Positions 52,780 through 64,000 of a stretch of DNA of 64,000 bases are shown here, piece after piece. This DNA comes from Chiloscyllium plagiosum (Eukaryota): assembly GCF_004010195.1 (NCBI RefSeq), contig NC_057749.1, positions 17,207,658 through 17,271,657 of the forward strand, given 5' to 3'. A program made the translations under genes and the position numbers. The notes under the pieces were generated by a model, which was given only the letters and a program-made list of their open reading frames with translations, made no database searches and was not told the DNA's origin. How positions within the stretch are numbered: position 1 is the stretch's first letter; each line of letters starts with the position of its first letter.

Positions 52780-54730
52780 CTACATAGCCAGGAGGAGAAG
52801 GGAAGCGTTCATAAGGTCTAGGCAGCTAAGAACAGAATGGGCCCTGGAGGAATATCGGAAGAGTAGGACAAGTCTTAAATGAGGAATCAAGCAGGCTGAA
52901 AGGGGTCATGAAATAGCTTTAGTGAGCAGAATTAAGGAGAATCCCAAAGCATTTTATTCTTATATAAGAAGCAAGCAGGTAACTAGAGAAAGGATTGGTC
53001 CACTAAAGGATAATGAAGGAAGGCTGTGTGTCAAACCTGAGAGAATGGGTGAGATTCTAAATGATTACTTTGCATCAGTAAGAAACATGATGAAAGGAAC
53101 ATGATGAATCTTGAGATTAGAGATAGAAGTTTGATTAGTCTGGATCACGTTGACGTAAGTGGGAAGGTGTGTTGGATAGGCGAGAGGTTACTAAGATTTA
53201 CAAATCCCCAGGACCGGATGGGATCTATCCCAGGTTGCTGAGGGAGGTGAGAGAGGAAATAGCTGGGGCCCTGACCGATATCTTTGTGGCATCCTTAAAT
53301 ACAGGTGAGGTGCCAGAGGACTGGAAGGTTGCTCATGTCCCCCTGTACAAGAAGGGTAGTAGGGATATTCCGGGTAACTATAGACCAGTGAGCCTAATGT
53401 CAGTGGTGGGAAAGTTGCTGGAGAGGGTACTGAGGGATAGGATCTATTTATATTTAGAAAAGAATGGGCTTCTCAGTGATAGGCAACATGGTTTTATGTG
53501 GGGGAGATCATGCCTTACCAACTTAATAGAATTCTTCAAGGAAGTATCCAAGTTGATAGATGAAGGGAGGGCGATTGATGTCGTATATATTGACTTTAGT
53601 AAGGCATTTGATAAGGTTCCCATGGTAGACTAATGGAGAAGGTGAAGTCACATGAGGTGCAGGGTGTTCTAGCTAGGTGGATAAAGAACTGGTTGAGCAA
53701 CAAAGAGCAGTAGTTGAAGGGAGTTTCTTGAAATGGAGAAAGGTGACCAGTGGTGTTCCACAGGGGTCAGTGTTGGGGCCACTGTTGTTTGTAATATACA
53801 TAAATGATCTGGAAGAGGGCACTGTTGGTATGATCAGCAAGTTTGAAGATGACACAAAGATTGGTGTAGTAGCAGAAAGCATCAGGGACTGTCAGAGAAT
53901 ACAGGTGAATATAGACTGGAGAGTTGGGCGGAAAAGTGGCAGATGGATTTCAATCCAGACAAATGAGGTAATGCATTTATGCAAGACTAATTCGAGAGTG
54001 AATTATACAATGAACGGAAAAGCCTTGGGAAAAGTTGATGGACAGAGAGATCTGGGAGTGCAGGTCCATTGTACCCTGAAGGATACTGCACAGGTGGATA
54101 GAGTGGTCAAGAAGGCATATAGTATGCTTGCCTTCATTGGACAGGGTATTGAGTATAAGCGCTGGCAAGTCATGTTAAAATTGTGCAAGACATTGGTTCG
54201 TTCTGGTCGCCACATTACTAAAAGTATGTGGACGCTTTGGAGAGGGTGCAGAATAGGTTTACAACGATATTGTCTGGTATGGAAGGTGCTAGCTATGAAG
54301 AGGCGTTGAGTAGGTTAGGTTTGTTTTCATTAGAAAAAAAGGAGATTTAGGGGGGACCTGATTGAGGTTTACAAAATCATGAAGGGGAGAGACAGGGCGG
54401 ATAGAGACCAGCTTTTTCCCAGGGTGAAGGATTCAATAACGAGAGGTCACGCTTTCAAGGTGAGAGGTGGAAAGTTTATGGGGGATACACGCGGCAAGTA
54501 CTTCACACAGAGTGTGGTGGGCGTCTGGAACGCGTTGCCAGCAGAGGTGGTAGAGGCAGGCACGATAGATTCATTTAAGATGCATCTGGGCAGATGCATG
54601 AGTAGGTGGGGAGCAGAGGGATACAGATGCTTAGGAATTGACTGACCGGTTTAGACAGTACATTTCAATCGACTGAGGCTTAGAGGCTGAAGGGCCTGTT
54701 CCAGGGCTGTAAATTTTCTTTGTCCTTTGG
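52780..54730 (+). mobile_element. CR1 LINE nested in an older CR1 (~52470-52780, ~54740-54930)
   Basis: KSPGPDGIYPRLL, GNYRPVSL, SGVPQGSVLGPLLF, 3' tail. Confidence 0.93.
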
Positions 54731-56074
54731 AATTCATGGTATGCTATTGAGGTCATGTATTAGAATGGATTGATAATTGTTTAACACACAAGATGCAGAA
54801 CCATGATTACTGGGTCTTATGCAAGCTGGAAAGACTTAGCTGTGGAGTGTTACAAAGGAGAGTGCTAGGTCCTCAATTTGGAGAGTGCTAGGTCCTCAAT
54901 TATTTACTATCTGTGTTAATGACTTGAAGGAGTGGACATCATACAAGATCCCAGTTTCTATGGAAGCAGAGATGAGCAAGAATGGAGGAGGAACATTAGT
55001 TTAATTTTTCACATGCTTACTGCCTCTCCAGCTGCTTTATGTTCAGTTTTGTGTTTATTATTAGAACTATAAATTTCTTTGTTTTCTCAAGTACTTTTAT
55101 CTCATTGTCTGGAAAAAGTTGGTGTTGAGGTACATACCTAATTGTGGTCTTATGGGTTATTTTCACCTTTCTAGATTTTGAAAGTGAGATCAACTCTCAA
55201 AACAAATTCCAAACTAAATTCAATATACTGTCAAACAAAGATTTGAATTTTAGTGTAGCTCTATTTAACAATCTTGGTCAGAGTGTTTTTCTCTGCTGGT
55301 GGCATCTCTATTCAGAATGATGCAATTGCTCATTTCTAAAATAGAATTTTCAAAATAGTTTTGCTTGAGTGTCTTATCATGACAGTTTTGATAAATCATT
55401 GAAGTCTGATTTTTTTTTTTACAGAATCATCTCTGTGTATATTAGCCTAGTTCTGATGTGTTACCGTGCTATCTGCTTTTGTACTCTCAAGAAGGGACAG
55501 AAAAATTCATAACACACAGATAGTCGTACACTAGAGGAATTTAGGATTGAAAGACATCTGAGGGTCTTTGCGAATAGCATTATGTAAAGCATGTATGGAG
55601 GAAATTAGAACAGCCCTTGTAGAATGTCGGAAGCTTGTGTATTTTACTGAATGCCAAGGGCAACAATCACCTACTGAAATTTCTGCCTCAAACTGAAGGG
55701 CAGGTTGTAGATTGTGGTGACTGGTAGCTGAGAGTTTCCGTGATACATTGATCTTTCCCAGAGGAATTGTAGCTTGTTCTAAGTAGTGCAGATTGTTCAT
55801 TGGTCTGTCTTCATTTCATTTTCTTGCCCTCCATAATCTTCCTCAGTGTTAATAATATTTTCTCTATCACATAATATTTCTGTTGAAGAGTTAGACTATG
55901 TATTCCATCTACTGTCTCACTTGTAACAGTAGTTGGCAATTATTCTGTAGGTGCATGGGTAGAAGGACTTCATCCATAAATTCTTATACCCATATATTGG
56001 CTGTGGTATAAAGGGAGCAAAAATAATAAATGTATTGCCAAGCATATTTAAATAAATCTTTACCATGTAAGCAA

Positions 56075-56840
56075 TTAGCAGGACTTCTACACTTAATGGT
56101 AAGGTCATAGGGAGTGTTGCTGAACAAAGAGACCTTGGAGTGCAGGTTCATAGCTCCTTGAAAGTGGAGTCACAGGTAGATGGGATAGTGAAGAAGGTGT
56201 TTGGTATGCTTTCCTTTATTGGTCAGAGTATTGAGTACAGGCGTTGGGAGGTCATGTTGCGGCTGTACAGGACATTGGTTAGGCCACTGTTGGAATATTG
56301 CATGCAGTTCTGGTCTCCTTCCTATCGGAAAGATGTTGTGAAACTTGAAAGGGTTCAGAAAAGATTTACAAGGATGTTGCCAGGGTTGGAGGATCTGCGC
56401 TACAGGGAGAGGCTGAACAGGCTGGGGGTGTTTTCCCTGGAGCGTTGGAGGCTGAGGGGTGACCTTATAGAGGTTTACAAAATTATGAGGGGCACGGATA
56501 GGATAAATAGACAAAGTCTTTTCCCTGGGGTCAGGGAGTCCAGAACTAGAGGATATAGATTTAGGGTGAGGGGGGGAAAGATATAAAAGGGACCTAAGGG
56601 GCAACATTTTCATGCAGAGGGTGGTACGTGTATGGAATGAGCTGCCAGAGGAAGTGGTGGAGGCTGGTACAATTGTAACATCTAAGAGGCATTTGGATGG
56701 GTGTATGAATAGGAAGGGTTTGGAGGGATATGGGCCGGGTGCTGGCAGGTGGGACTAGATTGGGTTGGGATATCTGGTCGGCATGGACAGGTTGGGCCGA
56801 AGGGTCTGTTTCCATGCTGTACATCTCTGTGACTCTGACT
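56075..56840 (+). mobile_element. Young CR1 3' fragment
   Basis: 148-aa open ORF2 segment 56140-56586 plus tail. Confidence 0.95.
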
Positions 56841-57399
56841 CAATGCTATTCACTGTTGTTATGCCAACATCAATAAGTCACAGCTGTTCTTCCACTTAAT
56901 TTTGAAGAAGAACAAACTACATTTCTTCTTCAATGAAAGTATCGATAGAATAAGATTGTACCTTTGCCGGAGGCAGCATTTTGAAATTTTCAAGATATGT
57001 GTACTCTTCTTACTGCAACCTGACCTAATTTCTCTTGCTGTCATACATGGGTTGACTTGATAGGATTCTTTTGAAAAAGAATGTACAAGTTAATGAGATG
57101 CAGGCAAGTGTTTGCTTTCATGTTAAGGAGCCAAAGTTAAATCAAGGATTGTTATTTTTGAGATCCTGGTAGAAAATGCATAATTACATTATTCTTGTGA
57201 TACATCTAATAGTGCTGATTGACAGTTAACTGCCTGGCTTTGTTTGAAATTTAAATCAGGCATATTAACTCTTGCATTGTCCTGAGAAATTAACCAGCTA
57301 TTTTGTTGAGTTGAATTCAGTTCAGTCTACATATGCTTTTTGTGTACACTGTATTAATAAATGCAGCGTCCAGTACACTCAAGTGTATATTACAAAATG

Positions 57400-57610
57400 G
57401 ACTGTAGCAATTCACCAAAATTACTTAGATATCATCTTACACACCTTCAAATATTACAAGAAAGAAGGACAAAGGCAGCAGATGCATGGGAAAACCACCA
57501 CATCCCCTCCAAGTTGCTCACCATCCTGACTTGAAAATGTATCACTATTCCTTCAGTGCTGCTGGATTAACATCTTGGAATTCTCCCAAACAGCATTCTG
57601 GGTGTACCGA
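57400..57610 (+). mobile_element. Old CR1/L2-clade LINE tail, left part (resumes at 60490-60620)
   Basis: Colinear with ~2920-3130; stops at gggtgtaccga. Confidence 0.75.
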
Positions 57611-58143
57611 TGTTGTCCCGGTTCTCCCCTCAGTCGAAATAAAATGCTCAGAGACACTGTATAATTTTGCCTCCCCCGTCTTTTTTCTGGGCCCTGGAGG
57701 GAGAGAGAACGATTGCCCATGTGCACAGGGATATGAGTTCTTGGTCTTCTCTCTTGTACAACAGTTTCTTTATGAATTATATAGTTATTTTACAGGGAGG
57801 AGCATCCAGATAAGGCAACATAGATATTGATTGGGTGACCATTACAATCAGCAAAGACTTAGCCATCTGCTGTTACAGAATGAATGTTCTTAACCTTACC
57901 TGGCTTCACATATGAATACTTGTAACCTTGTTAAACTGACCTTACAAAACTGAATGCTTCCAATATTGTTAAATGGCTCTACAGAATGAATGCTTTTCCA
58001 CCTTGTTATCTATTACCCTTGCCTCCAGCATCCCATTGTTAACTGCAAGCTCTTATCTGATCTGAGTCATGCTTAGTTGAACCTCTTGTTTTATAAAACT
58101 CAGAATTTGACTCTTTGCCTGCTTATACCCAAACACATTCTCA
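57611..58143 (-). mobile_element. 3' LTR of an LTR retroelement
   Basis: TGAGAATG...CAACA on the minus strand; homologous to the solo LTR 25864-26411; TATA box at ~57777-57784. Confidence 0.88.
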
Positions 58144-58155
58144 TTCTCTCCTTTT
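58144..58155 (-). other. Polypurine tract
   Basis: Minus strand AAAAGGAGAGAA directly abuts the LTR TG. Confidence 0.8.
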
Positions 58156-58174
58156 ATCATTTCATGATAACCAC

Positions 58175-58330
58175 CTAGATGGCACTACCAGCTTTCATAA
58201 GACTCTGACAGCCAATATTTAAGCAGGTTATTGACACACAGCATGCAATGGTGATAACAAAAAATACTAGTCAGTCACAGTAATTAGAGTTTGAAGAATC
58301 CTCCCACTTGGGAAAAAAAATTCATCAGTG
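58175..58330 (-). pseudogene. Possible retroviral env membrane-anchor remnant
   Basis: GRILQTLITV, frameshift, then LVFFVITIACCVSITCLNIGCQSLMKAGSAI* (58270-58175), ending just upstream of the polypurine tract. Confidence 0.4.
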
Positions 58331-58509
58331 AAGCTCTTAAATCCACAGTCTTTAGTGACCACTCCATCCCTTCCAAGTCGAGTGGAAATAAGCCAGTTCT
58401 CTGCAAATTTCCTTCAGTAAAATCCAACCTGAAAACAAAATCTAGTCTGTCCTTCCGCGCCACTCCACGGAGAAATCTGAATTCTTGGATCAGGGCAGTT
58501 AAATACTTC

Positions 58510-58819
58510 ACAAAACTGATGAGACTTCCATCCTTCTGGAGATGCTTCAGATGGAGAATACCAGCGCATCTGAGCATTTGGTGCAGCAGCTGCAGGCTCG
58601 GTGAATGCAGCATTCTTTGCTGCATCTGCTCCCGTTCTGCTGTTAAATGTAACAAAGCCAACTGGCTGATTTGATGTTGGCTTGATCAGTGAACCTTCAT
58701 ATCCCTTAAATGATCTAAAAACAAGGTAAAGTTCACGTGGTTTAATGTCCACAGGAAGACCACTGATGAAGCATACTAACCTCCTCTTCACTGTTGTTAG
58801 CTTCACTTTTCATGCTCAT
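58510..58819 (-). pseudogene. RBPMS2: Processed, internally deleted RBPMS-family (RBPMS2/hermes-like) retrocopy
   Basis: [14 protein letters not shown], frameshift, then [87 protein letters not shown]; no introns; stop codon lost. RBPMS2 versus RBPMS is less certain than the family. Confidence 0.9.
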
Positions 58820-60149
58820 GACTAGGGAGTTGATTGAATCCATTGGATCAGGTTGTGGAGGGGTGGGCGGTGGTCCGAAGGCGTGCTTTACCTGTGAATG
58901 GAGAAACTCTAGCGAAGATTTTAGTTGCAGGAAGTATCTTTGTATTTCCCCTCTCATTCCTTCTTTGCCAAGGTGGTTGTCAGTATGATGATAGTCGCAC
59001 ATTTAACTACACTAAAGTGTGTGTACCTATTTCAACATTCTCAGTCGTTTTGACGTCTGTTAGTCTGTTCACTATTTATGACATTATCAAGTTTTATGCA
59101 ATCCATAAACTTATAAATTGTACTGCCTAAGCAATTCAGTCAATTATAAACAACAATCAATGGTCCTAAAGTCAAACCCTCTGGTACCTCACTCAGGTTA
59201 TTCAAAAATTATTTTCCTTTAACAAATTGATACTTGGCTAACGTGAAAGCAGGAAGAGTATTTTGAAAGTCTGGAACGGCAAGAAAACAACAAAATGTTT
59301 CCTGTACTTTAGCAATTGGAGAGGCAGTTTCAGTTCAGATTTAAATCTCAAATATTCGTGGAAAACAAATGCTGAAAATTTTAAAATTTGTTATCCAAAT
59401 GAAAGTTCACAAATAAAACTGTTGGAATTACGGTGGCAACTTTGGTTGAGATCAACATTCTTTGACTTTGCAATATGAAGAGGGCCAATGAAGTCTTAAC
59501 AATAATTGAAAGAATTTAAATGGCTCAGCCTAAAGTTCTAAAATTCTCTAAGATCTTAACAAAACATCAGACTCTAAATACACACTTTTTGTGAAAACTC
59601 TGCATTAAAAACATAGTAGCAAATATAGTACTTTAATATAGTACTTTCATCTGGCTAAAGCATGACCACTAACCCAACTATGTTTTTTTAACAGGCATTA
59701 TAGAATTTCAAACAAATCAGAGGCTCAAGGCATTCAATCATTTTGTTTTAAGGTTACAAGTTTGATAATTTTGAAAAGGACATTGTACAATTTCAATGTA
59801 AGAACAAAATCTAGCCCATTACATAGCCCACAAAACACATTGAATTGAGATTCTGATTCAAACAGGGCAAAACAATTATTTAAAATGATTTTCTGAACCA
59901 GTATTTTAACAAACCGGTATTTTTAAACATCAAACACTCTGAGCATGGCACAATTTACGTTGAAACTTGCCTTTTTCAACCCAAGTATTAGTACAACCTT
60001 AATTTGTGGTTTTCATTTTTATCGACCTATTTATCTACTCACTGAAATTACACTTAAAAAGAGATAGCCCTAGTGGTGAGCCACGTGGCGCCACAGTCCA
60101 ACCCACACTCTTTTTTTTTTTCCCCCCCCCTCCAGAACAAAGACTTGCA

Positions 60150-60489
60150 GAGGCTCAAATTTTGCACGAGGGGACTTTAACCCTTTCTCAATTTACTCCT
60201 CTCAAGGGCTCGAACCCCATTAAACCCAGAGAATGTGAATCCCAATTAAATACAGAGAGCTTCAATCTCACTTAAACACAGAGTTTGAACACCAGCACAG
60301 CGCGGAGGACTCGAACCCCAATCAAACCCGCTCAGGAGACTTGAACCTCAGTATCGTGCAGAGGACTCGAACCTCAAACAAACCCAACCAGGGGAATTGA
60401 ACCCCAGTATTGCACAGAGGACTCGAACCTCAATTATTCCCCATCCGGGGACTTGAACCCCAAAACTGCGCAGGGGACTTGAACCTCCC
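60150..60489 (-). repeat. Tandem array of B-box-like motifs (GGTTCRAGTCC) with a 56-bp dimeric period
   Basis: Plus-strand motif starts 60172, 60206, 60231, 60257, 60281, 60307, 60337, 60363, 60393, 60419, 60449, 60475. Confidence 0.88.
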
Positions 60490-60620
60490 CCTACAGCAAA
60501 TGTACTACAGTGGTTCAAGAAGGCTACTCATCCCCACTTTTTCGAGAGCAGCTAGGGATTGGCAATTATTTCTAGCCCAGCCAGTGACACTTGCACCCCT
60601 GAATGAATTTTTAAAAATAG
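60490..60620 (+). mobile_element. Old CR1/L2-clade LINE tail, right part
   Basis: cctacagcaaatgtactacagtggttcaagaagg... continues 57400-57610. Confidence 0.75.
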
Positions 60621-60769
60621 CTGCACTACGCTGCCAGCCTGCACTACTAACAGTCCTAAGTTAGTTGTCAGCACAATTGTTTGCGTACGCATTTGCACAA
60701 AAACATGAAGGAATCAAAGCTAATGCAAAATACAATCTCAGCTAATTCTCTTTACATCAAAACCCAGAG

Positions 60770-62395
60770 TCTACAAAGTCATAGAGATGTGCAGCATAGA
60801 AACAGGTCCTTCAACCCGTCTATGCCGACCAGATATCCCAACCCAATCTAGTCCCACCTGCCAGCACCCGGCCCATATCCCTCCAAACCCTTCCTATTCA
60901 TATACCCATCCAAATGCTTTTTAAATGTTGCAATTGTACCAGCCTCCACCATTTCCTCTGGCAGCTCATTCCATACGTGTACCACCATCTGCATGAAAAC
61001 GTTGCCCCTTAGGTCTCTTTTATATCTTTCCCCTCTCACCCTAAACCTATACCCTCTAGTTCTGGACTCCCCGACCCCAGGGAAAAGACTTTGCCTATTT
61101 ATCCTATCCATGCCCCTCAATTTTGCAAACCTCTATAAGGTTGCCCCTCAGCCTCCGACGCTCCGAGGGAAAATAGTCCCAGCCTGTTCAGCCTCTCCCT
61201 ATAGCTCAAATCCTCCAATCCCAGCAACATCCTTGTAAATCTTTTCTGAACCCCTTCAAGTTTCACAACATCTTTCTGATAGGAAGGAGACCAGAACTGC
61301 ACGCAGTATTCCAACAGTGGCCTAACCAATGACCTGTACAGCCTCAACATGACGTCCCCAACTCCTGTACTCAATACTCTGACCAATAAAAGAAAGCATG
61401 TCAAACGCCTTCTTCACTATCCTATCTACCTGCGACTCACTTTCAAGGAGCTATGAACCTGCAGTCCAAAGTTTCTTTGTTCAGCAACACTCTCTAGGAC
61501 CTTACCATTAAGTGTATAAGCCCTGCTAAAATTTCTTTTCCCAAAATGCAGCACCTCATATTTATCTAAATTAAACTCCATCTGCCACTTCTCGGCCCAT
61601 TGGCACATCTGATCAAGATTCTGTTGTAGTCTGAGGTAACCTTCTTCGCTGTTCACTACACCTCCAATTTTGATGTCATCTGCAAACTTACCAACTGTAC
61701 CTCTTATGCTCGCATCCAAATCATTTATATAAATGATGAAAAGCAGTGGACCCAGCACCGATCCTTATGGCATTCTACTGGTCACAGGCCTCCAGTCTTA
61801 AAAAAAAAACCCTCCACCACCACCCTCTGTCTTCTACCTTTGAGCCAGTTCTGTATCCAAATGGCTAGTTCTCCCTGTATTCCGTGAGACTTAACCCTGC
61901 TAATCAGTCTCCCGGGGGGAACCTTGTCAAATGCCTTACTGAAGTCCATACAGATCACATCTACTGCTCTACCCTCATCAATCCTCTTTGTTACTTCCTC
62001 AAAAAAACTCAATCAAGTTTGTGAGACATGATTTCCCATGCATAAAACTATGTTGACTATCCCTTATCAGTCCTTGCCTTTCCAAATACATGTACATCCT
62101 GTCCCTCAGGATTCCCTCCAACAACTTGACCAGTACTGACGCCAGGCTCACTGGTCTATAGTTCCCTGGCTTGTCCTTACCACCCTTCTTAAACAGTGGC
62201 ACCACGTTAGCCAACCTCCAGTCTTCCGGCACCTCACCTGTGACTATCAATGATACAAATATCTCAGTAAGAGGCCCAGCAACCACTTCTCCAGCTTCCC
62301 ACAGAGTTCTAGGGTACACCTGATCAGGTCCTGGGGATTTATTCACCTTTGTGTTTCAAGACATCCAGCACTTCCTCCTCTGTAATATGGACATG
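60770..62395 (-). mobile_element. CR1 LINE, 5'-truncated, frameshifted
   Basis: Consecutive minus-strand ORF2 segments from KSPGPDQVYPRTL through FADD to the tail. Confidence 0.95.
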
Positions 62396-62969
62396 ATTAT
62401 GATTTGATTGTCAAGTCAAGTTCTAAACTAAGTATTTTGTGTTAAATCATGTAGTCAAGTAAAATAAGTCCTATGAATTAGTCTGACGATCCATCCAGTA
62501 TACAGGTAATCAAACTCATAAAAATGTGTTTCAGAAAATTTCAGCTTTTCAGGGATTTAGCCTGATCCCTGCCTCACCACAATATATAACCAACCCTGAT
62601 TCTACGAAAATGACATATGTCACAGAACCTGTTCATCACTGCTTAAGACAGTTTGGACAATTTAAATCCACCAATATTATCTTCAATTCACAGAGCCAAT
62701 AGCAGTATCTATATCTTTTGGTCATTCTTTGTCTCCCCAGAAGTTGTGCATTCCAATTACGTTTTCAGTCTTTGCTTCCTAAGAAATCAGAAGGGCCAGT
62801 TTTCTCACTTAGCTTCCCTTTTTGATATGGGTCTGTCTTTTTTAAAAAAAAAAATTTGAAACCATGGATTCCATCATGTGTGATACAGAACTCATAGTTT
62901 ATGAGCAGTTGCATTAGTTTAATTTCTGAACAGTTATATTATTGAATTGTTATTATGTGAAATTGGATT

Positions 62970-63470
62970 CTTAGAGATGTACAAAATGGAAACAGACCTT
63001 TCGGACCAACTGCTTCATATCGACCAGATATCCTAAATTAATACGGTCCCATTTGTCAGCATTTGGCCCGTGTCCCTCTGAACCCTTCCTGTTCATGTAC
63101 CCATCCAGATGCCTTTTAAATGTTGCAATTGTACCAGCCTCTCCACCTCTGGCAGCTCATTCCATCCTTGCATCACCTTCTGTGTGAAAATATTGCCCCT
63201 TAGGTCCCTTTTAAATCTTCCCCTCTCATCTTAAGCCGATGCCCTCTATTTTTAGACTCCACTATATTTGGGAAAAGACCTTGTCCATTCACCATATCCA
63301 TGCCCCTCATGATTTTATTAACCTCTGTAAGGTCACCACTCAGCCTCCGAGGTTCCAGGAAAACAGCCTCAGCCTATTCAACCTCTCCTTATACCCCAAT
63401 CCCTCCTGGCAATATCCTTGTAAATCTTTTCTGAATCCTTTCAAGTTTCATAACATCTTTCCTGTAGCAG
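62970..63470 (-). mobile_element. CR1 3' fragment
   Basis: Colinear with 60780-61285. Confidence 0.9.
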
Positions 63471-64000
63471 CTTGATCTGTTGCCATTGCTGGTCTTATTT
63501 TGCCATAAAATTGAAATTAGAGGTTATTAGTATTGATAGTCCTATATCATAGGGAATAATTGACCTATTATAGTGGACAAATGTCAAATGTTGCTACTTT
63601 AGCTTTGAATTCTTTGTTCAGCTATGATGGTTGTCATCGTATTCTGTGATTTTTGTTTTTGCTTCCATAAAAAGCATTGCTGTGGTTTGGGAGTTGCACC
63701 AACATTTGAAAGAAATTTCGATGGATGTAATGTTGTTTAGTGACTCCAGAAAACTCATATCTACTGACATCTACAGGCTTTAGGTAAACCTGAAATTGGC
63801 AGATGAAATATAATATAGAAAACTGGTAGATAAAACAGAAAAAAAATTATTTAATTGGAGAGAAGCTGGAGACTGCTGCAATATAGATGGACCTTGGCAT
63901 TCTCATACATGAAAGAATATTGAAATGTGGCCTTGATACCAAGAGAATGGAATATAAAAGTGGGACAGACTCTCTTCAACTGCATAAAATGGTGCGGTGA

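Noticed and set aside
54857..54901. 22-bp tandem duplication ggagagtgctaggtcctcaatt
   Set aside because: Ordinary slippage inside an old CR1.
55315..55410. Possible C/D-box snoRNA (ATGATGC...CTGA)
   Set aside because: Imperfect C box, no convincing terminal stem, no recognisable guide.
55405..55500. Strong splice-acceptor-like site (ctgat-T tract-acag at 55421-55424)
   Set aside because: No recognisable coding frame or clear donor downstream; needs RNA-seq.
58171..58186. CTCF-like motif ccacctagatggcact
   Set aside because: Single imperfect match that cannot be supported from sequence alone.
58414..58806. Functional RBPMS2 gene
   Set aside because: Frameshift after the true start, truncated RRM, lost stop, no introns.
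60150..60489. CRISPR-like repeat-spacer pattern or tRNA gene cluster
   Set aside because: Repeats are only ~11 bp, alternate spacers are related to each other, there are no cas genes, the context is vertebrate, and units are too short for a cloverleaf.

Overview
Eukaryotic, repeat-dense sequence with no intact host gene that I can support. The repeat content (HE1-type V-SINEs, many CR1 LINEs, a Rex1/Babar LINE, several Penelope-like element (PLE) families) points to a cartilaginous fish; this is an inference. An assembly gap spans 17444-18152. The most notable structure is a ~2.9 kb minus-strand LTR retroelement at 57611-60489 that splits an older LINE tail. It has a 3' LTR, a polypurine tract, an env-like membrane-anchor remnant, an intron-less and internally deleted RBPMS2-like mRNA copy, and an array of ~11-12 Pol III B-box motifs with 30/26-bp alternating spacing. 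A solo LTR of the same family lies at 25864-26411. A second theme is PLE termini carrying minimal hammerhead ribozymes: short copies from several families truncate or fold back at the ribozyme and have 13-14 bp target-site duplications (TSDs). Coordinates of old, degenerate repeats are approximate.
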